From Squalus acanthias (Eukaryota), in the NCBI GenBank assembly GCA_030390025.1, contig CM059432.1, positions 109,742,001 to 109,806,000 of the forward strand: a stretch of 64,000 nucleotides of DNA. The letters run 5' to 3'. Position 1 is the first letter of the stretch. Each line of letters begins with the position of its first letter. The translations under genes and the position numbers were made by a program. The notes under the pieces are model-generated. The model was not told the DNA's origin and did no database searches. It saw only the letters and a program-made list of their open reading frames with translations. Positions 7,897 to 20,800 of the stretch are shown here, one piece after another.

Positions 7897-10848
7897 TCAT
7901 GTCCAATTTCCTGCCCGCTCCCCGTAACCCCTAATTCCCTTTACTTCTAGGAAACTGTCTATTTCTGTTTTAAATTTATTTAATGATGTAGCTTCCACAG
8001 CTTCCTGGGGCAGCAAATTCCACAGACCTACTACCCTCTGAGTGAAGAAGTTTCTCCTCATCTCAGTTTTGAAAGAGCAGCCCCTTATTCTAAGATTATG
8101 TCCCCTAGTTCTAGTTTCACCCATCCTTGGGAACATCCTTACCGCATCCACCCGATCAAGCCCCTTCACAATCTTATATGTTTCAATAAGATCGCCTCTC
8201 ATTCTTCTGAACTCCAATGAGTAGAGTCCCAATCTACTCAACCTCTCTTCGTATGTCCACCCCCTCATCCCGGGGATTAACCGAGTGAACCTTCTTTGTA
8301 CTGCCTCGAGAGCAAGTATGTCTTTTCTTAAGTATGGACACCAAAACTGTATGCAGTATTCCAGATGCGGTCTCACCAATACCTTATATAACTGTAGCAA
8401 TACCTCCCTGTTTTTATAATCTATCCCCCTAGCAATAAAAGCCAACATTCCGTTGGCCTTCTTGATCACCTGTTGCACCTGCATACTAACTTTTTGATTT
8501 TCTTGCACTAGGACCCCCAGATCCCTTTGTACTGCAGTACTTTCCAGTTTCTCGCCATTAAGATAATAACTTGCTCTCTGATTTTTCCTGCCAAAGTGCA
8601 TAACCTCACATTTTCCAGTATTGTATTGCATCTGCCAAATCTCTGCCCACTCACCCAGCTTGTCTATATCCCCTTGTAGGTTTTTTATGTCCTCCTCACT
8701 TTCTACTTTCCCTCCCATCTTTGTATCATCTGCAAACTTTGATATGTTACACTCGGTCCCCTCCTCCAAATCGTTAATATAGATTGTAAAGAGTTGGGGA
8801 CCCAGCACCGACCCCTGCGGAACACCACTGGCTATTGGTTGCCAGTCCGAGAATGAACCATTTATCCCAACTCTCTGCTTCCTGTTAGATAAACAATCCT
8901 CCACCCATGCCAGAATATTACCCCCAATCCAGTGATTTTTTATCTTGAGCAATAATCTTTTATGTGGCACCTTGTCGAATGCCTTCTGGAAGTCTAAATA
9001 CACTACGTCCATTGGTTCCCCTTTATCCACCCTGTACGTTATGTCCTCAAAGAACTCAAGCAAATTTGTCAGACATGATTTCCCCTTCATAAAGCCATGC
9101 TGACTTTGTCCTATCAAATTATGTTTATCTAAATGTTCCGTTACTGTCTCCTTAATAATAGACTCCAAAATTTTACCCACCACAGATGTTATACTAACTG
9201 GTCTATAATTTCCAGCTTTCTGCCTACTACCCTTTTTAAATAAGGGTGTTACATTAGCAGTTTTCCAATCTGCCGGGACCTTTGCTGAGTCCAGGGAATT
9301 TTGGAAAATTATTACCAACGCATCCACAATCCCTATTGCCACTTCCCTCAAGACCCTAGGATGTAAGCCATCAGGTCCAGGGGATTTATCCGCCTTGAGT
9401 CCCATTATTTTACTGAGTACCAATTCCTTAGTGATTTTAATCGTATTTAGCTCCTCCCCCCCTAGAGCCCCCTGTTTGTCCAGTGTTGGGATATTCTTAG
9501 TGTCCTCTACCGTAAAGACTGAAACAAAATATTTGTTCAGCATTTTTGCCATCTCCATGTTTCCCACCATTAATTTCCCGGTCTCATCCTCTAAGGGACC
9601 TACGTTTGCCTTAGCCACCCTTTTTCTTTTTATATAACTATAGAAACTCTTGCTATCTGTTTTTATATTTTTTGCTAATTTATTTTCATAATCTATCTTC
9701 CCTTTCTTAATCAATCCTTTAGTTACTTTCTGCTGTCTTTTGAAGACTTCCCAATCTTCTATCCTCCCACTAAGTTTGGCCACCTTATATGTCCTTGTTT
9801 TTAGTTGGATACTATCCTTAATTTCTTTACTTAGCCACGGATGGCTGTCATTTCTTTTACACCCTTTTTTCCTCAGTGGAATATATATTTTTTGAAAGTT
9901 GTAAAATAACTCCTTAAATGAACACCACTGCTCATGTACCGTCTTACCCTTTAATCTATTTTCCCAGTCCACTTTAATCAATTCCACTCTCATACCATCA
10001 TAGTCTCCTTTATTCAAGCTCAGTACGCTTGTCTGAGAACCAACCTTCTCACCTTCTAATTGGATATGGAATTCAACCATGTTATGGTCACTCATTCCAA
10101 GGGGATCCTTAACTAGGACATTATTAATTAATCCTGACTCATTACACAGGACCAGGTCCAAGGTTGCTTGCCCCCTTGTAGGATCAGTTACATACTGCTC
10201 AAGAAATCCATCCCTAATACACTCAATAAACTCTTCCTCAAGGCTGCCCTGCCCAATTTGATTTGTCCAGTTAATATGATAGTTAAAATCCCCCATAATT
10301 ATAGCTGTTCCCTTATTACATGCCCCAACTATTTCCTGATTAATACTTCTTCCAGCAGAGTTGCAACTATTAGGAGGCCTATATACTACTCCCACTAGTG
10401 TTTTTTTCCCTTTATTATTCCTTATCTCCACCCAAACTGTTTCATTATCCTGATCCTTTGACCCAATATCATTTCTCTGTAATACAGTGATTCCTTCCTT
10501 TATTAACATAGCTACCCCACCTCCTCTTCCTTCCTGTCTGTCCTTCCTGATTGTTAAATACCCTGGCATATTTAATTCCCAGTCGTTGTCACCCTGCAGC
10601 CATGTTTCTGTAATGGCCACAAGATCATACCCATACATAGTTATTTGTACCGTCAATTCGTCTATTTTGTTACGAATGCTGCGTGCATTCAGATAAAGAA
10701 CTTTTAAATATGTTTTGTGACAATTTATTCCTGCTTTTACCCCCTTTACTACTTTACCTTTATCTTTATATATTCTGTCCCTTCCTGACACGCTCTGGTT
10801 TTTAATTACCCCACTGCTACTTTGCTCTATTGCCTTCTCAGCTGACAT
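7897..10848 (-). CDS. CR1 ORF2p: apurinic-like endonuclease plus reverse transcriptase, uninterrupted 983 aa
   Basis: APE motifs YLNARS, AITETW, GVVYRPP, MGDFN, SDH. RT motifs KSPGPDG, NYRPVS, DFQKAFDKV, GVPQGSVLGP, FADD. Confidence 0.95.
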   Translation of the reverse strand: MSAEKAIEQSSSGVIKNQSVSGRDRIYKDKGKVVKGVKAGINCHKTYLKVLYLNARSIRNKIDELTVQITMYGYDLVAITETWLQGDNDWELNMPGYLTIRKDRQEGRGGGVAMLIKEGITVLQRNDIGSKDQDNETVWVEIRNNKGKKTLVGVVYRPPNSCNSAGRSINQEIVGACNKGTAIIMGDFNYHINWTNQIGQGSLEEEFIECIRDGFLEQYVTDPTRGQATLDLVLCNESGLINNVLVKDPLGMSDHNMVEFHIQLEGEKVGSQTSVLSLNKGDYDGMRVELIKVDWENRLKGKTVHEQWCSFKELFYNFQKIYIPLRKKGCKRNDSHPWLSKEIKDSIQLKTRTYKVAKLSGRIEDWEVFKRQQKVTKGLIKKGKIDYENKLAKNIKTDSKSFYSYIKRKRVAKANVGPLEDETGKLMVGNMEMAKMLNKYFVSVFTVEDTKNIPTLDKQGALGGEELNTIKITKELVLSKIMGLKADKSPGPDGLHPRVLREVAIGIVDALVIIFQNSLDSAKVPADWKTANVTPLFKKGSRQKAGNYRPVSITSVVGKILESIIKETVTEHLDKHNLIGQSQHGFMKGKSCLTNLLEFFEDITYRVDKGEPMDVVYLDFQKAFDKVPHKRLLLKIKNHWIGGNILAWVEDCLSNRKQRVGINGSFSDWQPIASGVPQGSVLGPQLFTIYINDLEEGTECNISKFADDTKMGGKVESEEDIKNLQGDIDKLGEWAEIWQMQYNTGKCEVMHFGRKNQRASYYLNGEKLESTAVQRDLGVLVQENQKVSMQVQQVIKKANGMLAFIARGIDYKNREVLLQLYKVLVRPHLEYCIQFWCPYLRKDILALEAVQRRFTRLIPGMRGWTYEERLSRLGLYSLEFRRMRGDLIETYKIVKGLDRVDAVRMFPRMGETRTRGHNLRIRGCSFKTEMRRNFFTQRVVGLWNLLPQEAVEATSLNKFKTEIDSFLEVKGIRGYGERAGNWT

Positions 10849-10885
10849 TTTAATTTTTGCTCTCTTGAAACCTCCCCCCCACTAA

Positions 10886-11831
10886 TTAGTTTAAAGCCCT
10901 CTCTACAGCCCTAGTTATTCGATTTGCCAGGACTCGAGTCCCAGCACTGGCCAAGTGAAGTCCGTCCCAACGGAACAGCTCTCTCCTGTCCCAGTACTGG
11001 TGCCAGTGTCCCAGGTAGCAAAACCCATTTCTCCCACACCAGTCTTTGAGCCACGCATTTAACCCTCTGATTTTATTTACCCTAGCCAAATTTGCTCGTG
11101 GCTCAGGTAGTAATCCAGAGATTACTACCCTAGAGGTTCTGTTTTTTAATTTGGCCCCTAGCTGCTCATACTCCCTCAGCAGAACCTCATTCCTTGTCCT
11201 ATCTATGTCATTGGTACCAACATGGACCACGACAACTGGATCTTCCCCCTCCCACTCCAAGTTTCTCTCCAGCCCAGAGGAGATGTCCTTAACCCTGGCA
11301 ACATAGCCTTCGGGACTCTCGCTCTCGGCTGCAAAGAACCCTATCTATACCCTTAATGATACTATCCCCTACCACTACAACATTTCTTTTTACTCCCCCC
11401 ACTTGAATGGCTCCCCGTACCACAGTGCTGTGGCCAGGTTGCTCATCCTCCCTGCAGTCCCTGCTCCCGTCCTCACAGGGAGTAAGAGCCTCGAACCTGT
11501 TGGACAAGAGCAAGGGCTGCGGCTCCTCCAACACTACCTCCTGGATCCCCGTACCTGCCTCACTCGTAGTCACACCCTCCTGTCCCTGATCATGGGCTAC
11601 ATCTGAATTAGTCAATCTAACTGGTGTGACTACCTCCTGGAACACAGAGTCCAGGTAACTCTCCCCCTCCCTGATGTGTCGCAGTGTTTGAAGCTCGGAT
11701 TCCAGCTCATCAACACGGAGCCGGAGTTCCTCGAGCAGCCAACACTTACTGCAAATGTGATCACCGTGAACATCAATGGTTTCCTCCAGCTCCCACATAT
11801 TGCAGCAGTAACACATCACCTGCTCTCCCAT
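10886..11831 (-). pseudogene. CR1 ORF1 (N-terminal CxxC…CxxC zinc finger/coiled coil plus SGNH esterase), frameshifted near 11298
   Basis: CYCC…CSKC, LSNRF and VVVGDSI in one frame; VVHVGTND and DGLH in another. CCLPGARV is replaced by CCQG. Confidence 0.9.
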
Positions 11832-11898
11832 TCTATGTAATTAATTAAATTTATTATTATTTACCATTTAATTAATTTAAATTAAAAACAATACACTT

Positions 11899-14800
11899 CT
11901 GTGACAGTTTGTTCTGAGTCTCTGCACTCTCCCTCCTGTGGCAGTTTGTTCTGAGTCTCCTCACTCTGTCCTGTCGCAGTTTGAACTGAGTCTCCTCACT
12001 CCGTCCTGTGGCAGTTTGTTCTGAGTCTCCTCACTTCTCCGTCCTGTGGCAGTTTGTTCTGAGTCTCTTCACTCTCTGTCCTGTGGCAGTTTGTTCTGAG
12101 TCTCTTCACTCTCCGTCCTGTGACAGTTTGTTCTGAGTCTCCTCACTCTCTGTCCTGTGACAGTTTGTTCTTAGTCTCCTCACTCTGTCCTGTGACAGTT
12201 TGTTCTGAGTCTCCTCACTCTCTGTCCTGTGACAGTTTGTTCTGAGTCTCCTCACTCTCTGTCCTGTGACAGTTTGTTCTGAGTCTCCTCACTCTCTGTC
12301 CTGTGACAGTTTGTTCTGAGTCTCCTCACTCTGTCCTGTGACAGTTTGTTCTGAGTCTCCTCACTCTCTGTCCTGTGACAGTTTGTTCTGAGTCTCCTCA
12401 CTCTCTGTCCTGTGACAGTTTGTTCTGAGTCTCCTCACTCTCTGTCCTGTGACAGTTTGTTCTGAGTCTCCTCACTCTGTCCTGTGACAGTTTGTTCTGA
12501 GTCTCCTCACTCTGTCCTGTGACAGTTTGTTCTGTGTCTCCTCACTCTCTGTCCTGTGACAGTTTGTTCTGTGTCTCCTCACTCTGTCCTGTGACAGTTT
12601 GTTCTGAGTCTCCTCACTCTGTCCTGTGACAGTTTGTTCTGAGTCTCCTCACTCTCCGTCCTGTGGCAGTTTGTTCTGAGTCTCCTCACTCTCTGTCCTG
12701 TGACAGTTTGTTCTGAGTCTCCTCACTCTGTCCTGTGACAGTTTGTTCTGAGTCTCCTCACTCCGTCCTGTGGCAGTTTGTTCTGAGTCTCCTCACTCTG
12801 TCCTGTGACAGTTTGTTCTGAGTCTCCTCACTCTCTGTCCAGTGACAGTTTGTTCTCCTCACTCTCCGTCCTGTGGCAGTTTGTTCTGAGTCTCCTCACT
12901 CTGTCCTGTGACAGTTTGTACTGAGTCTCCTCACTCTCCGTCCTGTGTCAGTTTGTTCTGAGTCTCCTCACTCTCCGTCCTGTGACAGTTTGTTCTGAGT
13001 CTCCTCACTCTGTCCTGTGACAGTTTGTTCTGAGTCTCCTCACTCTCTGTCCTGTGACAGTTTGTTCTGAGTCTCCTCACTCTGTCCTGTGACAGTTTGT
13101 ACTGAGTCTCTTCACTCTCTGTCCTGTGACAGTTTGTTCTGAGTCTCCTCACTCTGTCCTGTGGCAGTTTGTTCTGAGTCTCCTCACTCTGTCCTGTGAC
13201 AGTTTGTTCTGTGTCTCCTCACTCTGTCCTGTGACAGTTTGTTCTGAGTCTCCTCACTCTCTGTCCTGTGACAGTTTGTTCTGAGACTCCTCACTCTGTC
13301 CTGTGGCAGTTTGTTCTGAGTCTCCTCACTCTCTGTCCTGTGACAGTTTGTTCTGAGTCTCCTCACTCTGTCCTGTGACAGTTTGTTCTGAGTCTCCTCA
13401 CTCTCGTCCTGTGACAGTTTGTTCTGAGTCTCCTCACTCTCTGTCCTGTGACAGTTTGTTCTGAGTCTCCTCACTCTGTCCTGTGACAGTTTGTTCTGAG
13501 TCTCCTCACTCTCTGTCCTGTGACAGTTTGTTCTGAGTCTCCTCACTCTCGTCCTGTGACAGTTTGTTCTGAGTCTCCTCACTCTGTCCTGTGGCAGTTT
13601 GTTCTGAGTCTCCTCACTCTCTGTCCTGTGACAGTTTGTTCTGAGTCTCCTCACTCTGTCCTGTGGCAGTTTGTTCTGAGTCTCCTCACTCTCGATCCTG
13701 TGACAGTTTGTTCTGTGTCTCCTCACTCTCTGTCCTGTGACAGTTTGTTCTGAGTCTCCTCACTCTGTCCTGTGACAGTTTGTTCTGAGTCTCCTCACTC
13801 TCTGTCCTGTGACAGTTTGTTCTGAGTCTCCTCACTCTCTGTCCTGTGACAGTTTGTTCTGAGTCTCCTCACTCTCGTCCTGTGACAGTTTGTTCTGAGT
13901 CTCCTCACTCTCTGTCCTGTGACAGTTTGTTCTGAGTCTCCTCACTCTCTGTCCTGTGACAGTTTGTTCTGAGTCTCCTCACTCTGTCCTGTGACAGTTT
14001 GTTCTGAGTCTCCTCACTCTGTCCTGTGGCAGTTTGTTCTGAGTCTCCTCACTCTGTCCTGTGACAGTTTGTTCTGAGTCTCCTCACTCTCCGTCCTGTG
14101 ACAGTTTGTTCTGAGTCTCCTCACTCTCTGTCCTGTGACAGTTTGTTCTGAGTCTCCTCACTCTGTCCTGTGGCAGTTTGTTCTGAGTCTCCTCACTCTC
14201 TGTCCTGTGACAGTTTGTTCTGAGTCTCCTCACTCTCGTCCTGTGACAGTTTGTTCTGAGTCTCCTCACTCTCTGTCCTGTGACAGTTTGTTCTGAGTCT
14301 CCTCACTCTGTCCTGTGACAGTTTGTTCTGAGTCTCCTCACTCTCTGTCCTGTGACAGTTTGTTCTGAGTCTCCTCACTCTCTGTCCTGTGACAGTTTGT
14401 TCTGAGTCTCCTCACTCTGTCCTGTGACAGTTTGTTCTGAGTCTCCTCACTCTGTCCTGTGACAGTTTGTTCTGTGTCTCCTCACTCTCTGTCCTGTGAC
14501 AGTTTGTTCTGAGTCTCCTCACTCTCTGTCCTGTGACAGTTTGTTCTGAGTCTCCTCACTCTGTCCTGTGACAGTTTGTTCTGAGTCTCCTCACTCTCTG
14601 TCCTGTGACAGTTTGTTCTGAGTCTCCTCACTCTCTGTCCTGTGACAGTTTGTTCTGAGTCTCCTCACTCTGTCCTGTGACAGTTTGTTCTGAGTCTCCT
14701 CACTCTCCGTCCTGTGACAGTTTGTTCTGAGTCTCCTCACTCTCTGTCCTGTGACAGTTTGTTCTGAGTCTCCTCACTCTGTCCTGTGACAGTTTGTTCT

Positions 14801-17800
14801 GAGTCTCCTCACTCTGTCCTGTGGCAGTTTGTTCTGAGTCTCCTCACTCTGTCCTGTGACAGTTTGTTCTGAGTCTCCTCACTCTCTGTCCTGTGACAGT
14901 TTGTTCTGAGTCTCCTCACTCTCGTCCTGTGACAGTTTGTTCTGAGTCTCCTCACTCTCTGTCCTGTGACAGTTTGTTCTGAGTCTCCTCACTCTCTGTC
15001 CTGTGACAGTTTGTTCTGAGTCTCCTCACTCTGTCCTGTGACAGTTTGTTCTGAGTCTCCTCACTCTGTCCTGTGACAGTTTGTTCTGAGTCTCCTCACT
15101 CTCTGTCCTGTGACAGTTTGTTCTGAGTCTCCTCACTCTCTGTCCTGTGACAGTTTGTTCTGAGTCTCCTCACTCTGTCCTGTGACAGTTTGTTCTGAGT
15201 CTCCTCACTCTGTCCTGTGACAGTTTGTTCTGAGTCTCCTCACTCTCTGTCCTGTGACAGTTTGTTCTGAGTCTCCTCACTCTCTGTCCTGTGACAGTTT
15301 GTTCTGAGTCTCCTCACTCTGTCCTGTGACAGTTTGTTCTGAGTCTCCTCACTCTCTGTCCTGTGACAGTTTGTTCTGAGTCTCCTCACTCTCTGTCCTG
15401 TGACAGTTTGTTCTGAGTCTCCTCACTCTGTCCTGTGACAGTTTGTTCTGAGTCTCCTCACTCTCTGTCCTGTGACAGTTTGTTCTGAGTCTCCTCACTC
15501 TCCGTCCTGTGACAGTTTGTTCTGAGTCTCCTCACTCTGTCCTGTGACAGTTTGTTCTGAGTCTCCTCACTCTCTGTCCTGTGACAGTTTGTTCTGAGTC
15601 TCCTCACTCTGTCCTGTGGCAGTTTGTTCTGAGTCTCCTCACTCTCCGTCCTGTGACAGTTTGTTCTGAGTCTCCTCACTCTCTGTCCTGTGACAGTTTG
15701 TTCTGAGTCTCCTCACTCTGTCCTGTGACAGTTTGTTCTGAGTCTCCTCACTCTCTGTCCTGTGACAGTTTGTTCTGAGTCTCCTCACTCTCTGTCCTGT
15801 GACAGTTTGTTCTGAGTCTCCTCACTCTCGTCCTGTGACAGTTTGTTCTGAGTCTCCTCACTCTCTGTCCTGTGACAGTTTGTTCTGAGTCTCCTCACTC
15901 TGTCCTGTGACAGTTTGTTCTGAGTCTCCTCACTCTCTGTCCTGTGACAGTTTGTTCTGAGTCTCCTCACTCTCGTCCTGTGACAGTTTGTTCTGAGTCT
16001 CCTCACTCTCTGTCCTGTGACAGTTTGTTCTGAGTCTCCTCACTCTCTGTCCTGTGACAGTTTGTTCTGAGTCTCCTCACTCTGTCCTGTGACAGTTTGT
16101 TCTGAGTCTCCTCACTCTCTGTCCTGTGACAGTTTGTTCTGAGTCTCCTCACTCTCTGTCCTGTGACAGTTTGTTCTGAGTCTCCTCACTCTCTGTCCTG
16201 TGACAGTTTGTTCTGAGTCTCCTCACTCTGTCCTGTGGCAGTTTGTTCTGAGTCTCCTCACTCTCTGTCCTGTGACAGTTTGTTCTGAGTCTCCTCACTC
16301 TGTCCTGTGACAGTTTGTTCTGAGTCTCCTCACTCTCTGTCCTGTGACAGTTTGTTCTGAGTCTCCTCACTCTCTGTCCTGTGACAGTTTGTTCTGAGTC
16401 TCCTCACTCTGTCCTGTGACAGTTTGTTCTGAGTCTCCTCACTCTGTCCTGTGACAGTTTGTTCTGAGTCTCCTCACTCTCTGTCCTGTGACAGTTTGTT
16501 CTGAGTCTCCTCACTCTGTCCTGTGACAGTTTGTTCTGAGTCTCCTCACTCTCTGTCCTGTGACAGTTTGTTCTGAGTCTCCTCACTCTCTGTCCTGTGA
16601 CAGTTTGTTCTGAGTCTCCTCACTCTGTCCTGTGACAGTTTGTTCTGAGTCTCCTCACTCTGTCCTGTGACAGTTTGTTCTGAGTCTCCTCACTCTCTGT
16701 CCTGTGACAGTTTGTTCTGAGTCTCCTCACTCTGTCCTGTGACAGTTTGTTCTGAGTCTCCTCACTCTCTGTCCTGTGACAGTTTGTTCTGAGTCTCCTC
16801 ACTCTGTCCTGTGACAGTTTGTTCTGAGTCTCCTCACTCTCTGTCCTGTGACAGTTTGTTCTGAGTCTCCTCACTCTGTCCTGTGACAGTTTGTTCTGAG
16901 TCTCCTCACTCTCTGTCCTGTGACAGTTTGTTCTGAGTCTCCTCACTCTGTCCTGTGACAGTTTGTTCTGAGTCTCCTCACTCTCTGTCCTGTGACAGTT
17001 TGTTCTGAGTCTCCTCACTCTCTGTCCTGTGACAGTTTGTTCTGAGTCTCCTCACTCTGTCCTGTGACAGTTTGTTCTGAGTCTCCTCACTCTGTCCTGT
17101 GACAGTTTGTTCTGAGTCTCCTCACTCTGTCCTGTGACAGTTTGTTCTGAGTCTCCTCACTCTCTGTCCTGTGACAGTTTGTTCTGAGTCTCCTCACTCT
17201 GTCCTGTGACAGTTTGTTCTGAGTCTCCTCACTCTCTGTCCTGTGACAGTTTGTTCTGAGTCTCCTCACTCTGTCCTGTGACAGTTTGTTCTGAGTCTCC
17301 TCACTCTCTGTCCTGTGACAGTTTGTTCTGAGTCTCCTCACTCTGTCCTGTGACAGTTTGTTCTGAGTCTCCTCACTCTGTCCTGTGACAGTTTGTTCTG
17401 AGTCTCCTCACTCTCTGTCCTGTGACAGTTTGTTCTGAGTCTCCTCACTCTCGTCCTGTGACAGTTTGTTCTGAGTCTCCTCACTCTGTCCTGTGACAGT
17501 TTGTTCTGAGTCTCCTCACTCTCTGTCCTGTGACAGTTTGTTCTGAGTCTCCTCACTCTGTCCTGTGACAGTTTGTTCTGAGTCTCCTCACTCTCGTCCT
17601 GTGACAGTTTGTTCTGTGTCTCCTCACTCTCTGTCCTGTGACAGTTTGTTCTGAGTCTCCTCACTCTGTCCTGTGACAGTTTGTTCTGAGTCTCCTCACT
17701 CTCTGTCCTGTGACAGTTTGTTCTGAGTCTCCTCACTCTCTGTCCTGTGCAGTTTGTTCTGAGTCTCCTCACTCTCTGTCCTGTGACAGTTTGTTCTGAG

Positions 17801-20800
17801 TCTCCTCACTCTCTGTCCTGTGACAGTTTGTTCTGAGTCTCCTCACTCTGTCCTGTGACAGTTTGTTCTGAGTCTCCTCACTCTCTGTCCTGTGACAGTT
17901 TGTTCTGAGTCTCCTCACTCTCGTCCTGTGACAGTTTGTTCTGAGTCTCCTCACTCTCTGTCCTGTGACAGTTTGTTCTGAGTCTCCTCACTCTCTGTCC
18001 TGTGACAGTTTGTTCTGAGTCTCCTCACTCTGTCCTGTGACAGTTTGTTCTGAGTCTCCTCACTCTCTGTCCTGTGACAGTTTGTTCTGAGTCTCCTCAC
18101 TCTCGTCCTGTGACAGTTTGTTCTGAGTCTCCTCACTCTCTGTCCTGTGACAGTTTGTTCTGAGTCTCCTCACTCTCTGTCCTGTGACAGTTTGTTCTGA
18201 GTCTCCTCACTCTCTGTCCTGTGACAGTTTGTTCTGAGTCTCCTCACTCTCTGTCCTGTGACAGTTTGTTCTGAGTCTCCTCACTCTGTCCTGTGACAGT
18301 TTGTTCTGAGTCTCCTCACTCTGTCCTGTGACAGTTTGTTCTGAGTCTCCTCACTCTCTGTCCTGTGACAGTTTGTTCTGAGTCTCCTCACTCTCTGTCC
18401 TGTGACAGTTTGTTCTGAGTCTCCTCACTCTGTCCTGTGACAGTTTGTTCTGAGTCTCCTCACTCTGTCCTGTGACAGTTTGTTCTGAGTCTCCTCACTC
18501 TCTGTCCTGTGACAGTTTGTTCTGAGTCTCCTCACTCTCTGTCCTGTGACAGTTTGTTCTGAGTCTCCTCACTCTGTCCTGTGACAGTTTGTTCTGAGTC
18601 TCCTCACTCTCGTCCTGTGACAGTTTGTTCTGAGTCTCCTCACTCTCTGTCCTGTGACAGTTTGTTCTGAGTCTCCTCACTCTGTCCTGTGACAGTTTGT
18701 TCTGAGTCTCCTCACTCTCTGTCCTGTGACAGTTTGTTCTGAGTCTCCTCACTCTCTGTCCTGTGACAGTTTGTTCTGAGTCTCCTCACTCTGTCCTGTG
18801 GCAGTTTGTTCTGAGTCTCCTCACTCTCTGTCCTGTGGCAGTTTGTTCTGAGTCTCCTCACTCTCTGTCCTGTGACAGTTTGTTCTGAGTCTCCTCACTC
18901 TGTCCTGTGGCAGTTTGTTCTGAGTCTCCTCACTCTCAGTCCTGTGGCAGTTTGTTCTGAGTCTCCTCACTCTCGTCCTGTGACAGTTTGTTCTGAGTCT
19001 CCTCACTCTGTCCTGTGACAGTTTGTTCTGAGTCTCCTCACTCTGTCCTGTGACAGTTTGTTCTGAGTCTCCTCACTCTCTGTCCTGTGACAGTTTGTTC
19101 TGAGTCTCCTCACTCTGTCCTGTGACAGTTTGTTCTGAGTCTCCTCACTCTCTGTCCTGTGACAGTTTGTTCTGAGTCTCCTCACTCTCGTCCTGTGACA
19201 GTTTGTTCTGAGTCTCCTCACTCTGTCCTGTGGCAGTTTGTTCTGAGTCTCCTCACTCTCTGTCCTGTGACAGTTTGTTCTGAGTCTCCTCACTCTGTCC
19301 TGTGACAGTTTGTTCTGAGTCTCCTCACTCTCTGTCCTGTGACAGTTTGTTCTGAGTCTCCTCACTCTCTGTCCTGTGACAGTTTGTTCTGAGTCTCCTC
19401 ACTCTCCGTCCTGTGACAGTTTGTTCTGAGTCTCCTCACTCTCTGTCCTGTGACAGTTTGTTCTGAGTCTCCTCACTCTCGTCCTGTGACAGTTTGTTCT
19501 GAGTCTCCTCACTCTCTGTCCTGTGACAGTTTGTTCTGAGTCTCCTCACTCTGTCCTGTGGCAGTTTGTTCTGAGTCTCCTCACTCTCTGTCCTGTGACA
19601 GTTTGTTCTGAGTCTCCTCACTCTCGTCCTGTGACAGTTTGTTCTGAGTCTCCTCACTCTCTGTCCTGTGACAGTTTGTTCTGAGTCTCCTCACTCTCTG
19701 TCCTGTGACAGTTTGTTCTGAGTCTCCTCACTCTCTGTCCTGTGACAGTTTGTTCTGAGTCTCCTCACTCTCTGTCCTGTGACAGTTTGTTCTGAGTCTC
19801 CTCACTCTGTCCTGTGACAGTTTGTTCTGAGTCTCCTCACTCTGTCCTGTGACAGTTTGTTCTGAGTCTCCTCACTCTCTGTCCTGTGACAGTTTGTTCT
19901 GAGTCTCCTCACTCTCTGTCCTGTGACAGTTTGTTCTGAGTCTCCTCACTCTGTCCTGTGACAGTTTGTTCTGAGTCTCCTCACTCTGTCCTGTGACAGT
20001 TTGTTCTGAGTCTCCTCACTCTCTGTCCTGTGACAGTTTGTTCTGAGTCTCCTCACTCTGTCCTGTGACAGTTTGTTCTGAGTCTCCTCACTCTCCGTCC
20101 TGTGACAGTTTGTTCTGAGTCTCCTCACTCTCTGTCCTGTGACAGTTTGTTCTGAGTCTCCTCACTCTGTCCTGTGACAGTTTGTTCTGTGTCTCCTCAC
20201 TCTCGTCCTGTGACAGTTTGTTCTGTGTCTCCTCACTCTCTGTCCTGTGACAGTTTGTTCTGAGTCTCCTCACTCCGTCCTGTGGCAGTTTGTTCTGAGT
20301 CTCCTCACTCTCTGTCCTGTGACAGTTTGTTCTGAGTCTCCTCACTCTCTGTCCTGTGACAGTTTGTTCTGAGTCTCCTCACTCTCCGTCCTGTGACAGT
20401 TTGTTCTGAGTCTCCTCACTCTCTGTCCTGTGACAGTTTGTTCTGAGTCTCCTCACTCTCTGTCCTGTGACAGTTTGTTCTGAGTCTCCTCACTCTCGTC
20501 CTGTGACAGTTTGTTCTGAGTCTCCTCACTCTGTCCTGTGACAGTTTGTTCTGAGTCTCCTCACTCTCCGTCCTGTGACAGTTTGTTCTGAGTCTCCTCA
20601 CTCTCGTCCTGTGACAGTTTGTTCTGAGTCTCCTCACTCTGTCCTGTGACAGTTTGTTCTGAGTCTCCTCACTCTCTGTCCTGTGACAGTTTGTTCTGAG
20701 TCTCCTCACTCTCTGTCCTGTGGCAGTTTGTTCTGAGTCTCCTCACTCTGTCCTGTGACAGTTTGTTCTGAGTCTCCTCACTCTCTGTCCTGTGACAGTT

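Larger units (their letters stand above)
7698..11898 (-). mobile_element. Near full-length CR1 LINE
   Basis: ORF1 (zinc finger plus esterase), ORF2 (APE plus RT), and a 3' UTR ending in (TTCTTATG)n. Confidence 0.95.
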
